In this document: piece after piece, positions 9,538 through 18,433 of the stretch
How positions within the stretch are numbered: position 1 is the stretch's first letter
Layout: every line of letters starts with the position of its first letter
Source of the DNA: an uncultured Planctomycetia bacterium
GTDB taxonomy: Bacteria > Omnitrophota > Gorgyraeia > Duberdicusellales > Duberdicusellaceae
DNA: 40,702 bases
Assembly: GCA_964609315.1 (NCBI GenBank)
Contig: CAZSRG010000003.1
Span: forward strand, 2,902 to 43,603
Reading direction: 5' to 3'
The notes under the pieces: model-generated
Database searches by the model: none
Told to the model about the DNA's origin: nothing
Seen by the model: only the letters and a program-made list of their open reading frames with translations
Made by a program: the position numbers and the translations under genes

Positions 9538-11028
9538 CTATTTTTCTTTAACCACAAAGAAACCTCTTTTTGTCCTAATAAGACAGCTGCCTTTAAGACC
9601 TTTAACCTCGTTTAGAAAATCACGGCTACTGTTCACAATCTTTCCTTCAACGCTTAAGATTATATCAGAAGGTATTATTCCGGCTTTATCCGCGGGAGAA
9701 TCCGGTTTAACATAAGTAACCACTACGCCGGACTCCTCATTAATCCTATGCCTCATCCGTAATTCATGGTTGATATCACTGACTTCCATTCCCCTAAATT
9801 CTAACTTAGAAGCGCTTTCCTGAACACCGGTATTTTCCATAGGCCGTTTACCTAAAACAACCTTCACATTCATAGCCTTATCCCTGCGTAAAATGCCCAA
9901 AGTTATTTTTGTCCCCGGAGATGAATTTCCAACCATATCAATTAGAGATTTGATATCATCAACTGTCTTTCCGTTAAAGCTGATTATTAAATCTCCCTCT
10001 TTAAGCCCTGCTTTTTTCGCGGGAGACAAATCAAGAACACTGACTACAATGGCTCCTTTATCTTCTTTAAGTTTAAAATAAGATTTTAAATCTTGATTTA
10101 AATCCTGTATGCTTACTCCCAGCCATCCGTAAAGGACTTCTTCTCCATTGATGAGTTTATTCATAATTCGTTTTGCTTTATTTATTGGAATAGCAAAACC
10201 CAACCCCTGGTACCCTCCGCTGGTAGTAACAATAGCAACATTAATACCTATAACTTTCCCTTCCATATCGACTAACGGGCCTCCGGAATTTCCGGGATTA
10301 ATAGCCGCGTCTGTCTGAATTAAATCAGAATAACTGCGGTCTCTCCGTCCGAAAGAACCTAAATCTCTGTTTAAAGCGCTGACCACACCGGCCGTCACAG
10401 TAGGCTTACTTCCTTCAATGGCAAAACCAAAAGGATTACCTATAGCCATAACCCACTGACCGGTTTTCAACATAGTTGAATCTCCCAATTCAGCTATCGG
10501 CAAGTTATGGGCCTTAATTTTGATTACCGCTAAATCAGACCGCGGGTCTTTGCCCTTAACTTCCCCGTCAAACTTCCTCCCGTCAGAAAGCTTAACTTTT
10601 ATCTTATCCGCCCCTTCAATAACATGGTAGTTAGTTAAAATATATCCCTCTTTGTCAATAATTACTCCTGAACCTAACCCCATCCGTTTAAAGCCTCTCT
10701 GGGGGATATTGGGGATATTGCCGAAAAAGTCTCCAAAAAATTGGCTAAAAAAGTCATCCTGATAACCCCTTCCAAAAGGAGACATCCCGAATATCTGGCT
10801 CTTTTCTGTTGACTCAACACTTACAGAAACTACCGCCTTACCTACTGTTTCAGCTACCCTGATTGTGTTTTCCTCCAAAGCTGAGGGATAACCGCCCATA
10901 TCTCCACTATCAACAGGCCTCTGCTCCTGAGCACATCCTGCCTGAAAAATATGTAGTTTAGCAACCAGAAATATCCCGAAAGCTACACCAGCAAAAAGAA
11001 CTGCCGCAACCTTAACCCTTTTCTTCAT
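9538..11028 (-). CDS. HtrA/DegP-family periplasmic serine protease with two PDZ domains
   Basis: Catalytic-triad contexts TNYHV, SDLAVIKI and GNSGGPLV, followed by two PDZ-like segments and preceded by an N-terminal hydrophobic anchor. I set the start at the ATG at 11028, which is preceded by AGGAGG. Confidence 0.9.
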   Translation of the reverse strand: MKKRVKVAAVLFAGVAFGIFLVAKLHIFQAGCAQEQRPVDSGDMGGYPSALEENTIRVAETVGKAVVSVSVESTEKSQIFGMSPFGRGYQDDFFSQFFGDFFGNIPNIPQRGFKRMGLGSGVIIDKEGYILTNYHVIEGADKIKVKLSDGRKFDGEVKGKDPRSDLAVIKIKAHNLPIAELGDSTMLKTGQWVMAIGNPFGFAIEGSKPTVTAGVVSALNRDLGSFGRRDRSYSDLIQTDAAINPGNSGGPLVDMEGKVIGINVAIVTTSGGYQGLGFAIPINKAKRIMNKLINGEEVLYGWLGVSIQDLNQDLKSYFKLKEDKGAIVVSVLDLSPAKKAGLKEGDLIISFNGKTVDDIKSLIDMVGNSSPGTKITLGILRRDKAMNVKVVLGKRPMENTGVQESASKLEFRGMEVSDINHELRMRHRINEESGVVVTYVKPDSPADKAGIIPSDIILSVEGKIVNSSRDFLNEVKGLKGSCLIRTKRGFFVVKEK

Positions 11029-11161
11029 CACACTCCTCCTATGTCTTCTGAAGTCAGACAACAGATGTCAGAAAACAGATGCCCCATCCATCCGTCTTCT
11101 GTCCTCTATTATCTGCCTTCTGTTTGCTGTCCTTTATCCATTTTCTATTTGCCATTAAGCG

Positions 11162-12181
11162 CTACGCAGGAGAATATACTTTAGCCTCAACCTCTTTCTT
11201 AATCTCTGATAAGAGAGCAGGATCATTCTTCAAAGACTCTTTACCAGCTTCCCTGCCCTGTCCTATCTTCTTATCCTTATAGGAAAACCAGCTCCCGGAC
11301 TTATTAACTACTCCTAATTCCACAGCGCAGTCAAGAAGGTTGCCTGTTTTTGAAACTCCTTCTGTATAAGTAATCTCAAAAAAAGCTTCCTTAAAAGGAG
11401 CTGCCACTTTATTCTTAACTATTTTAGCCCTGACCTTTGTCCCGATAATTGTATCCTTGTAAGGAATCGTCCCTATTTTTCTTAAATCTATCCTGACTGA
11501 CGAATAAAACTTTAAAGCTCTGCCTCCGGGAGTAACTTCGGGATTACCGAACATAACCCCTATCTTCATCCTTATCTGGTTAATAAATATCACACAGGTA
11601 TGCGATTTGCTTATCGCGGATGTAAGCTTCCTGAGAGCCTGGGACATTAACCTTGCCTGCAGGCCCATCTGGGCATCGCCCATATCTCCTTCAATCTCTG
11701 CCCGGGGAACTAAAGCCGCGACTGAATCAACCACTATTAAATCAACCGCATTTGAACGGACAAGAGTTTCGGTTATTTCCAGAGCCTGTTCACCGGTATC
11801 AGGCTGAGAAATAAGCAAATCATCTACATTAACCCCTATAACTTTAGAATAGGCGGGATCAAAAGCATGCTCAGCATCAATAAAAGCGGCTATCCCTTTG
11901 TTCTTCTGAGTTTCGGCAATAATACTCAAAGCTAAAGTAGTTTTGCCTGATGATTCCGGCCCGAATAATTCAATCACCCTCCCTTTGGGAACACCTCCTA
12001 TCCCCAAAGCCCGGTCAAGAGTAAGAATCCCCGTAGGCAAAAAACCAATATCTAATTTTGTAGACCCGTCAAGTTTCATTATTGACCCTTTACCAAACTG
12101 CTTTTCTATCTGAGATAAAGCTAAATCCAAAGCTTTCTTCCTGCTGTCTAACTCCTTCGGTTCCTTTGACTCTTTGTTCAT
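11162..12181 (-). CDS. recA: Recombinase RecA
   Basis: Motifs [29 protein letters not shown] and [36 protein letters not shown]. The gene ends in TAG. Confidence 0.97.
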   Translation of the reverse strand: MNKESKEPKELDSRKKALDLALSQIEKQFGKGSIMKLDGSTKLDIGFLPTGILTLDRALGIGGVPKGRVIELFGPESSGKTTLALSIIAETQKNKGIAAFIDAEHAFDPAYSKVIGVNVDDLLISQPDTGEQALEITETLVRSNAVDLIVVDSVAALVPRAEIEGDMGDAQMGLQARLMSQALRKLTSAISKSHTCVIFINQIRMKIGVMFGNPEVTPGGRALKFYSSVRIDLRKIGTIPYKDTIIGTKVRAKIVKNKVAAPFKEAFFEITYTEGVSKTGNLLDCAVELGVVNKSGSWFSYKDKKIGQGREAGKESLKNDPALLSEIKKEVEAKVYSPA

Positions 12182-12192
12182 AACTCCTCCTC

Positions 12193-12492
12193 AATGAGAC
12201 TGTGATTTTTTATTATTCCCAATAATAAAAAATCACTTAGTCGAATTGATCCCGTCGAAGGTTGGTAAATTGTCAACGATAATTTACCAACATCTTCTCT
12301 GAGACGGGATTACCTTAATATTTACAAATTAGCAAATGAGCGCACAACTTACAGAACGAAGTGATTGTAAGTTGTCTGCGCGAATTCCTGCCTGCCGAAG
12401 CTTCAGCGCAAGCAGGTATCCCGCCGAAGGCTGGTAAATTGTCAACGATAATTTACCAACATCTTCTCTGAGACGAGATTTCCTTAATAAAT
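12193..12492. repeat. Two units of the ~140-bp multi-hairpin repeat family (recA leader copy)
   Basis: Conserved scaffold AATGAG-[hairpin A]-GAATT.ATCCCG.CGAAGG-[hairpin B]-CATCTTCTCTGAG.CGGGATT.C.TTAATA. In the proximal unit, hairpin A is a different perfect 16-bp stem (12202-12236). The distal unit carries an extra AAGCTT-centred palindrome (12387-12417). Confidence 0.85.
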
Positions 12493-12518
12493 ATTCTTTC
12501 AAAACCAGACTGACAGGC

Positions 12519-12546
12519 ATTATATCAAAACAAGAAAGGTTGTCAA
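12519..12546 (-). promoter_or_regulatory. Consensus sigma-70 promoter upstream of the recA leader
   Basis: On the minus strand: TTGACA (12546-12541), a 16-nt spacer, then TATAAT (12524-12519). It lies between the plsY stop and the repeat units and predicts a ~330-nt recA 5' UTR. Confidence 0.6.
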
Positions 12547-12620
12547 TTTGCCCTATCCTGCTGCCTACATACTGCTCTTCCTTCTTGTTTTCCATATCAA
12601 TTTAACAGTAAAAAATTCTG

Positions 12621-13265
12621 TTATCTATTTTTCGCTGTCTGTCTGCCTGTCCTCTGCAGTCTGTCTAAAATATCCCGTATGTTCTTTTTGTGACGGACAA
12701 AGATAAAAAGAGCTATTAGCAAAGAAAATAACTTGTATTCTAAAGGGACACCGTGCAGAAACAGGCACACAGAGAAAAGGATCAAGGCAAACGCTAAAGA
12801 AGCAATACCTACGATCTTAAAAATAAGGAATACAATTACCCATACCGAAAAAGCCGCGATAACCGGTATACGCATAAAGGAAAGACTGACACTCAAAGCT
12901 GTTACCACTCCAATGCTGACCGAAACTCCTTTGCCGCCTTTAAACTTGAGGAAAACCGGCCAATTGTGGCCTGACACAGAACATATCCCGATAAAAATAG
13001 AAATAATTTTAAAATCAAAGGCTTCCGGCAGGAAATAAAAGGAAAACATTACCGGCAGGAAACCTTTTAAGAAATCAAGAATAAAAACCAATACCCCCCA
13101 TTTCCGGCCTAAGGCACGCGCAACATTAGTAGCTCCTACATTTCCTGAACCAAACTTACGGATATCCATGCCTTTTATCCTTTTAGAAATAATCAGGGCA
13201 AAAGGTATTGATCCCAAAATGTAACTAAAGAAACTAAGAATGGCTGTTTTTAGAATCAAAGGCAT
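12621..13265 (-). CDS. plsY: Glycerol-3-phosphate acyltransferase PlsY
   Basis: Polytopic membrane protein with the GSGNVGATNVARALG motif. Confidence 0.9.
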   Translation of the reverse strand: MPLILKTAILSFFSYILGSIPFALIISKRIKGMDIRKFGSGNVGATNVARALGRKWGVLVFILDFLKGFLPVMFSFYFLPEAFDFKIISIFIGICSVSGHNWPVFLKFKGGKGVSVSIGVVTALSVSLSFMRIPVIAAFSVWVIVFLIFKIVGIASLAFALILFSVCLFLHGVPLEYKLFSLLIALFIFVRHKKNIRDILDRLQRTGRQTAKNR

Positions 13266-13809
13266 TTAGAGCGCTCACCCCTCTTTTTACGTACAAGATT
13301 CCCGATATAACCGTAAACACACAAGCTAAGTTCCAAAGATAGGGAGTAAGAAACAAATTTAGAAAAAGGCTCAAAATTGTAAACATCTGAAAGAAAGTAG
13401 TTAGTTTCCCCCATATATTCGGTGTAATCTTAACCTCTATCTTTAAAAGATAGAGAATCAGCAATCCTAAAAGGATAATGACATCTCTACTGATAACAAT
13501 CATCACCACCCACAAAGGTAGATGGTAATTAAAGGAAAGCTGTCCTCTTAAAGTATATATCCAGATAAAAGCGTTGAGTAAAAGCAGTTTATCGGCTAAA
13601 GGGTCTAAAACTTTACCTAAGGGCGTCTTTTCTTTTTTAATGCGGGCAATCGCTCCGTCAACAAAATCGGTAAGCATAGCAAAAGAAAAGATAAAAAGGA
13701 CCGCCCAATGAAAAACAGGCAGATCACGATTAGCATAGAGAAAAAGGCCGGCAATCAAAAAAGGGATAGCTAAAATCCGTGATAAAGAAATCTTATTGGC
13801 AAAACCCAT
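13234..13809 (-). CDS. pgsA: CDP-alcohol phosphatidyltransferase (PgsA-like)
   Basis: Motif DFVDGAIARIKKEKTPLGKVLDPLADK (D-x2-DG-x2-AR..G-x3-D-x3-D) in a multi-TM protein. Confidence 0.8.
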   Translation of the reverse strand: MGFANKISLSRILAIPFLIAGLFLYANRDLPVFHWAVLFIFSFAMLTDFVDGAIARIKKEKTPLGKVLDPLADKLLLLNAFIWIYTLRGQLSFNYHLPLWVVMIVISRDVIILLGLLILYLLKIEVKITPNIWGKLTTFFQMFTILSLFLNLFLTPYLWNLACVFTVISGILYVKRGVSALNAFDSKNSHS

Positions 13810-13900
13810 ATCCTAATATCATTGTTACATTGTCACATTGACAAATTGTTAAATGGCTGATTTAAAGCTAACCCCGATGCTCCGCATAGTATTGCTGAAA

Positions 13901-14476
13901 TTATTTCAACAAAGCGATCCTTTTAAGCGGCCACCATATAAGCACAGCTTTTCCTAAAACACTCTTGAACGGGACAAATCCCCAAAACCTGCTGTCGCGG
14001 GAAGAAGCGCTGTTATCGCCCAAAACGAAATAACTGTTTTTAGGAACTGTCACAACTTCTCCGTCTTCTCCATACTTGCCGAAATTATAATAAAAATCCT
14101 TGCTGATTACCGGGTCTGAAACAGGCTTTCCGTTAATATAAATATTCCCCCGCTTGATTTCCACTTTGTCTCCGGGTAAGCCTATTACCCTTTTAACATA
14201 GGCTTTGTTAGGTTCAGGAGGAGATATGAAAACTATGACTTCTCCTCTCTTAATCTTTCTATACCCGGGAATCCTCCACCCCACAAAAGGTATTCTCGGA
14301 CCGTATATAAGTTTGCTGACCAGTATCCTGTCTCCGGGAATAAGAGCCGGAACCATTGAAGTGGTAGGAATTTTATACAGCTCAAAGAAAAACACCCTGA
14401 CAAACACAGCTAAGATAAAAGCAATAAGAATAGATTCCCCCCATTCCCGCCATACCGGTTTTTTTCTAACGGACAT
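13901..14476 (-). CDS. lepB: Signal peptidase I
   Basis: S26 motifs IPTTSMVPALIPGDRILVSK, YVKRVIGLPGD and GDNSASSRDSRFWGFVP. Confidence 0.9.
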   Translation of the reverse strand: MSVRKKPVWREWGESILIAFILAVFVRVFFFELYKIPTTSMVPALIPGDRILVSKLIYGPRIPFVGWRIPGYRKIKRGEVIVFISPPEPNKAYVKRVIGLPGDKVEIKRGNIYINGKPVSDPVISKDFYYNFGKYGEDGEVVTVPKNSYFVLGDNSASSRDSRFWGFVPFKSVLGKAVLIWWPLKRIALLK

Positions 14477-14527
14477 ACTTTCCCTCCTATATGATTTTCG
14501 GTCCTGTCAAAAGTTCAATAACCAAGA

Positions 14528-14606
14528 TATACCCTAATACCCTCATAAATACCCTCATACCCTCACGGGCACAGGCGGGCACAGGCGGGCACAGGCGGGC
14601 ACAGGC
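14528..14606. repeat. Inverted fragment of the MITE left end with a (GGGCACAGGC)x4 expansion
   Basis: The reverse complement of 14551-14580 (GCCCGCCTGTGCCCGTGAGGGTATGAGGGT) matches CCCGCCTGTGCCCGTAAGGGTATAAG at 27530-27555. There are four exact 10-bp tandem units at 14567-14606 and ATACCCT words at 14528-14562. Confidence 0.75.
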
Positions 14607-14837
14607 AAGTTACAAGACACAAACAATAACCAATGCTCAATAACCAATCATCAAACAATCAAATTGTTTTGATTTTTATCATCTTCTTTGGTTATTTTAA
14701 TTTGGCTATTGGTTATTATATGGCCATTGTATCTTGGTAATTGTATCTTTTAAAAATGATTCTTTAAAATTACACCAAATCACTGTAACATCTATTCTAA
14801 TCTATGTAATCAGACGCTGATTTATTAGCAAGAACTC

Positions 14838-16646
14838 CTACATTTTAAGAATCTCCAAAAAGGCTTTTGAAGGAATCTGGACATTCCCCAGACTTTTAAG
14901 TTTTTTCTTGCCCGCTTTCTGTTTCTCCCAGAGCTTCCGTTTGCGGGTAATATCTCCTCCATAACACTTGCTGGTAACATCCTTCTTCATCGCCGGTTTT
15001 TTTTCAGAGGCTATTATTCTAGAGCCTATGCCCGCCTGAATATTTATCTCAAATACATGGCGGGGGATAAGCTCTTTGAGCCTTAGCAAAACTTTCCTCG
15101 CTGTCCTCTCGGCCTTTTCTTTATGAAGAAGAAAAGAAAAAACACCTGAAGGTTTCCGGTTAAACAGAATGTCAACTTTTACAATATCCGCTTTTTTAAA
15201 ACCGGTGAACTCGTAATCCAAAGAACCATACCCTTTAGTAATAGACTTTATACTGTCATAGAAATCTACCACTACTTCCTGCAAAGGAATGTTAAAAACG
15301 ACATTAAGCCTATCTTCGCCTAAATAATCCATCTTTGAAAACATTCCCCTGCGGGACTTAGCGAATTCACAGACCGGGTCCATATATTCTAAAGGAACAA
15401 CTATTGACGCGCGTATTATAGGCTCTCTGACTTCTTTTACAAGAGTAGAATCGGGAAACTTCTGGGGGTTATCAATTACTGAAACTTCACCTGTATTATC
15501 CACGATTTCATACTTAACGTTAGGAGAAGTCAAAACAACATCAAGCGAATACTCGCGCTCAATCCTTTCCTGAATTATTTCCATATGAAGAAGGCCCAAA
15601 AACCCGCAGCGGAAACCATACCCTAAAACCTGAGAATTATCCGGTTCATAAGTAAACGACGAATCTGACAGCCTCAATTTCTCTAAAGCAGACCTAAGCG
15701 CGGGGTAATCTTTGGGAGAAGAAGGAAAAATACCGCAAAAAACCATCGGGGGAAGACGGCGGCACTGCAAAACATCTTTTTTTGTCGGGTTGTTCTTTTC
15801 AGTAATATACTCCGGTATCTCCACTTCTAAAGGGTTTTTAATATTACAGTAAATAGCCCCCACCTCTCCGGACAAAAGACATTCTTTACTTACCTTTTCC
15901 GGAGAAAACACACAAATTTCTTCAACAGTATAACTCAAATCCCGGCTTATAAATTTTATTTCGGTCCCGGGAAGAATCTTACCCTCAAAAACCCTGACAA
16001 AAAGGATCACTCCTTTAAAAGGGTCATATCCGGAATCAAAAAGAAAAGCCCTTAAAGGATCCTTACTGCTTCCCCGAGGAGAAGGAATTTCTTTAATAAT
16101 CCTTTCTAAAACATCTCTGACACCTATTCCTTCCTTAGCTGATATAAGAGAAATACTCTCTTCCTCAAAACCAAAGACTTCTTCAATCTGAAAGATTGTC
16201 TTTTCAGTCTGGACCTGAGATAAATCAATTTTATTTATTGCCGGTATAATTGATAACCCCCTATTCTTTGCCAGATAGAAATTAGCCACTGTCTGAGCTT
16301 CTATGCCCTGTGTCCCGTCAACCAATAAAACTGCCCCGTCAGAAGCGCTTAATGATTTCGCCACTTCATAGCCAAAATCAACATGGCCGGGGGTATCCAC
16401 CAAATTCAGGATATACTCTATGCCGTCATCAGCTTTATACAATAACCGGACAGCTTTGGCTTTTATAGTAATTCCTCTCTCCCTTTCCAAATCCATATCA
16501 TCCAACATCTGAGCATGAAACTTGCGTTTATCAACAGCTCTGGTTTCTTCCAAAATCCTGTCAGCCAAAGTAGACTTACCATGATCAATATGGGCAATAA
16601 TGCAGAAATTGCGAATCAAACTGTTATCTACCGTTTCCACCGTCAT
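14838..16646 (-). CDS. lepA: Elongation factor 4 (LepA)
   Basis: GTPase motifs IIAHIDHGKSTLADR, DTPGHVDF and NKID, plus a LepA-type C-terminal domain. Confidence 0.95.
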   Translation of the reverse strand: MTVETVDNSLIRNFCIIAHIDHGKSTLADRILEETRAVDKRKFHAQMLDDMDLERERGITIKAKAVRLLYKADDGIEYILNLVDTPGHVDFGYEVAKSLSASDGAVLLVDGTQGIEAQTVANFYLAKNRGLSIIPAINKIDLSQVQTEKTIFQIEEVFGFEEESISLISAKEGIGVRDVLERIIKEIPSPRGSSKDPLRAFLFDSGYDPFKGVILFVRVFEGKILPGTEIKFISRDLSYTVEEICVFSPEKVSKECLLSGEVGAIYCNIKNPLEVEIPEYITEKNNPTKKDVLQCRRLPPMVFCGIFPSSPKDYPALRSALEKLRLSDSSFTYEPDNSQVLGYGFRCGFLGLLHMEIIQERIEREYSLDVVLTSPNVKYEIVDNTGEVSVIDNPQKFPDSTLVKEVREPIIRASIVVPLEYMDPVCEFAKSRRGMFSKMDYLGEDRLNVVFNIPLQEVVVDFYDSIKSITKGYGSLDYEFTGFKKADIVKVDILFNRKPSGVFSFLLHKEKAERTARKVLLRLKELIPRHVFEINIQAGIGSRIIASEKKPAMKKDVTSKCYGGDITRKRKLWEKQKAGKKKLKSLGNVQIPSKAFLEILKM

Positions 16647-17296
16647 ATCTTCATCCTCTCGCGGGCTAAATCATAAACTTCCTCAAGAACCTCATCGATG
16701 GACAAACCTGTTGTATCCAAACATACCGCATCTTTAGCTTTCCGCAAAGTCCCCACTTCTCTGGTCATATCAGCCCTATCCCTCTTTAAAAGTGACTCTT
16801 TCAAATCACAGAAACTAACCTTAATCCCTCTATCCGCTAAATCTTTAGCCCGGCGTTTAACCCGTTCATCAAAATCGGCATCTAAAAAGACTTTGAGTCC
16901 CGCGTGAGGGAAAACAACGGTTGTTGTATCCCTCCCTTCTAAAACTAAATTATTACCCTCTCCTATCTCCCGCTGCAGTTTAACCATACACCTCCTTACT
17001 TCGGGAATATCCGCCGCCTTAAAGATATTCTGCTCAACCTTAGGCAAACGAATATCCAAAGTAACATCTTCTCCATCAAGAAAGACTTTTCTATCTTTAA
17101 AAATTACCTTAAATTCTTTTGCTGTTTTAATTACTGCCTCTTTATCGTCTAAATCAACTTTATCTTTAATCAATTTAAGAGTCAAAGCCCTGTACATAGC
17201 TCCGGTATCGAGATAAAAAAAACCCAATCTTTCCGCCAAGAGTTTTGCTAAAGTACTCTTTCCACTGCCGGCAGGCCCGTCAATCGCGACAATCAT
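16643..17296 (-). CDS. cmk: Cytidylate kinase
   Basis: Motif IVAIDGPAGSGKSTLAKLLAERLGFFYLDTGAMYRA. I moved the start to the ATG at 17296. The 46-codon upstream extension in the track runs through hairpin repeats. Confidence 0.9.
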   Translation of the reverse strand: MIVAIDGPAGSGKSTLAKLLAERLGFFYLDTGAMYRALTLKLIKDKVDLDDKEAVIKTAKEFKVIFKDRKVFLDGEDVTLDIRLPKVEQNIFKAADIPEVRRCMVKLQREIGEGNNLVLEGRDTTTVVFPHAGLKVFLDADFDERVKRRAKDLADRGIKVSFCDLKESLLKRDRADMTREVGTLRKAKDAVCLDTTGLSIDEVLEEVYDLARERMKI

Positions 17297-17322
17297 TGAA
17301 TCGTCCTTTCTCAGGAATGAAC

Positions 17323-17540
17323 TACCTCGCAGCAAGCTACGAGGTATCAAAAACTTTTCCAAAAAAGGAAACGCAGCAAGCTGCGGGGAATTAAACCCCA
17401 GATCCTTCGACTCCCTTCGGTCGCTCAGGATCAATTCGGCTATAGACTTTTTCTTCGAAAAAGTCTAAGTCTCATTGATTAAACCCGTTACCCTTGTTCC
17501 TTTATGTAACATTTCAGTTATCAACCAAAACGTTACATAA
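17323..17540. repeat. String of five stem-loops in the tyrA-cmk spacer
   Basis: Inverted repeats at 17323-17346, 17372-17385, 17401-17432, 17443-17467 (10-bp stem) and 17502-17540 (9-bp stem). Two share the word GCAGCAAGCT. Confidence 0.7.
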
Positions 17541-17593
17541 GATAAAGAACGCTAATTAGCCGGGCTAACTGATATTTATAGCCTTTATTATAG

Positions 17594-18430
17594 TTACCGG
17601 GATTTAAACAACAGCTGTTTTTTTCGGTTTATTTTCTTTAAGAAAGAATACATTTTCTTCTTATCGTTTTCATCAAGATAAGATAAAAAGCCGGTTAATT
17701 CTCTAATATATAAAAGAACAGATTTCTTAATCTCTTTACGGTTGCTGAGGAAAATATCCGTCCACAGCCCGCTGTCAGAAATACTTACGCGGGTTAAATC
17801 TCTTAGAGAACCCGCGGAGAATTTCGATAATTTGTGAGGGAAGTATTTCGTCAAAGTAAAACTTAAAACGTGAGGCAGCCCTGATGTAGAAGCAAGAATC
17901 CGGTCATGTTCTTCCGCGTCTAAAACCACAGTCTTAGCCTCCAAACCTTTCCATAATCTTTTAATTAGATTAAAGTGACGATTTTTCTTAAGAGGCGTAA
18001 CCAAACATACCGACCCCCTAAAAAGTCCTTTTTGAGAAGACTCCGCCCCTCTTTTTTCTGAACCGCAGAGAGGATGTGAACCAGTAAAATTATCCGGCAT
18101 AAACCTGCGGGCAGCCTTGACAATTTCTGCCTTAGTGCTGCCCAAATCAGTAACCGTTGTTTCTCTGCCCAGGAAAGAAGCGATTTTTCTTATATATTCG
18201 CATATGGAAAATACCGGAACCGCTAAAACAACCAAAGAAGCGGAAGAAAGAGAGCCTTTCAAATCAGTTGTTACCCTGTCAAAAATATTCAGCCTGCTTA
18301 TTTCTCCCGCCCTTTTTTTATTCCTAACTATACCCCATACGGAATCCGCCAAGTGTTTATTCTTTAAATCTCTGGCTAAAGAACCTCCCATAAACCCTGT
18401 GCCGATAATTACAACCTTGTTAAATCGCAT
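17594..18430 (-). CDS. tyrA: Prephenate/arogenate dehydrogenase
   Basis: Rossmann motif VVIIGTGFMGGSLA and catalytic region GSHPLCGSEKRG, in an aromatic amino-acid gene context. Confidence 0.8.
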   Translation of the reverse strand: MRFNKVVIIGTGFMGGSLARDLKNKHLADSVWGIVRNKKRAGEISRLNIFDRVTTDLKGSLSSASLVVLAVPVFSICEYIRKIASFLGRETTVTDLGSTKAEIVKAARRFMPDNFTGSHPLCGSEKRGAESSQKGLFRGSVCLVTPLKKNRHFNLIKRLWKGLEAKTVVLDAEEHDRILASTSGLPHVLSFTLTKYFPHKLSKFSAGSLRDLTRVSISDSGLWTDIFLSNRKEIKKSVLLYIRELTGFLSYLDENDKKKMYSFLKKINRKKQLLFKSR

Positions 18431-18433
18431 AAA

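Noticed and set aside
12249-12310. Integron attC-like sites (structure-conserved, sequence-variable hairpin B)
   Set aside because: The stem ends (GTTGG.../...CCAAC) do not fit the GTTRRRY/RYYYAAC core sites. No cassette ORFs lie between units and no intI gene is present.
12500-12560. LexA/SOS box at the recA promoter
   Set aside because: No CTGT-N8-ACAG or GAAC-N4-GTTC-type palindrome is visible. Its absence is noted in a finding but no site is called.
12329-12595. 88-aa minus-strand ORF between plsY and recA
   Set aside because: It is translated straight through the hairpin-repeat units and the consensus recA promoter. Its sequence has no recognisable family features and no SD, so it is most likely a repeat artefact.
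16643-17434. Long N-terminal extensions in track ORFs (cmk to 17434, hisB to 4251, rpoD to 31803, nadE to 29394, htrA to 11061, scpB to 22807, GIY-YIG to 27269)
   Set aside because: In each case an internal ATG matches the conserved family N-terminus. Most of these ATGs have a recognisable SD (AGGAGG for hisB and htrA, AGGTGA for scpB, weaker AAAGGA-type for cmk and rpoD), but none for GIY-YIG and not checked for nadE. The extensions run through repeats or neighbouring genes.
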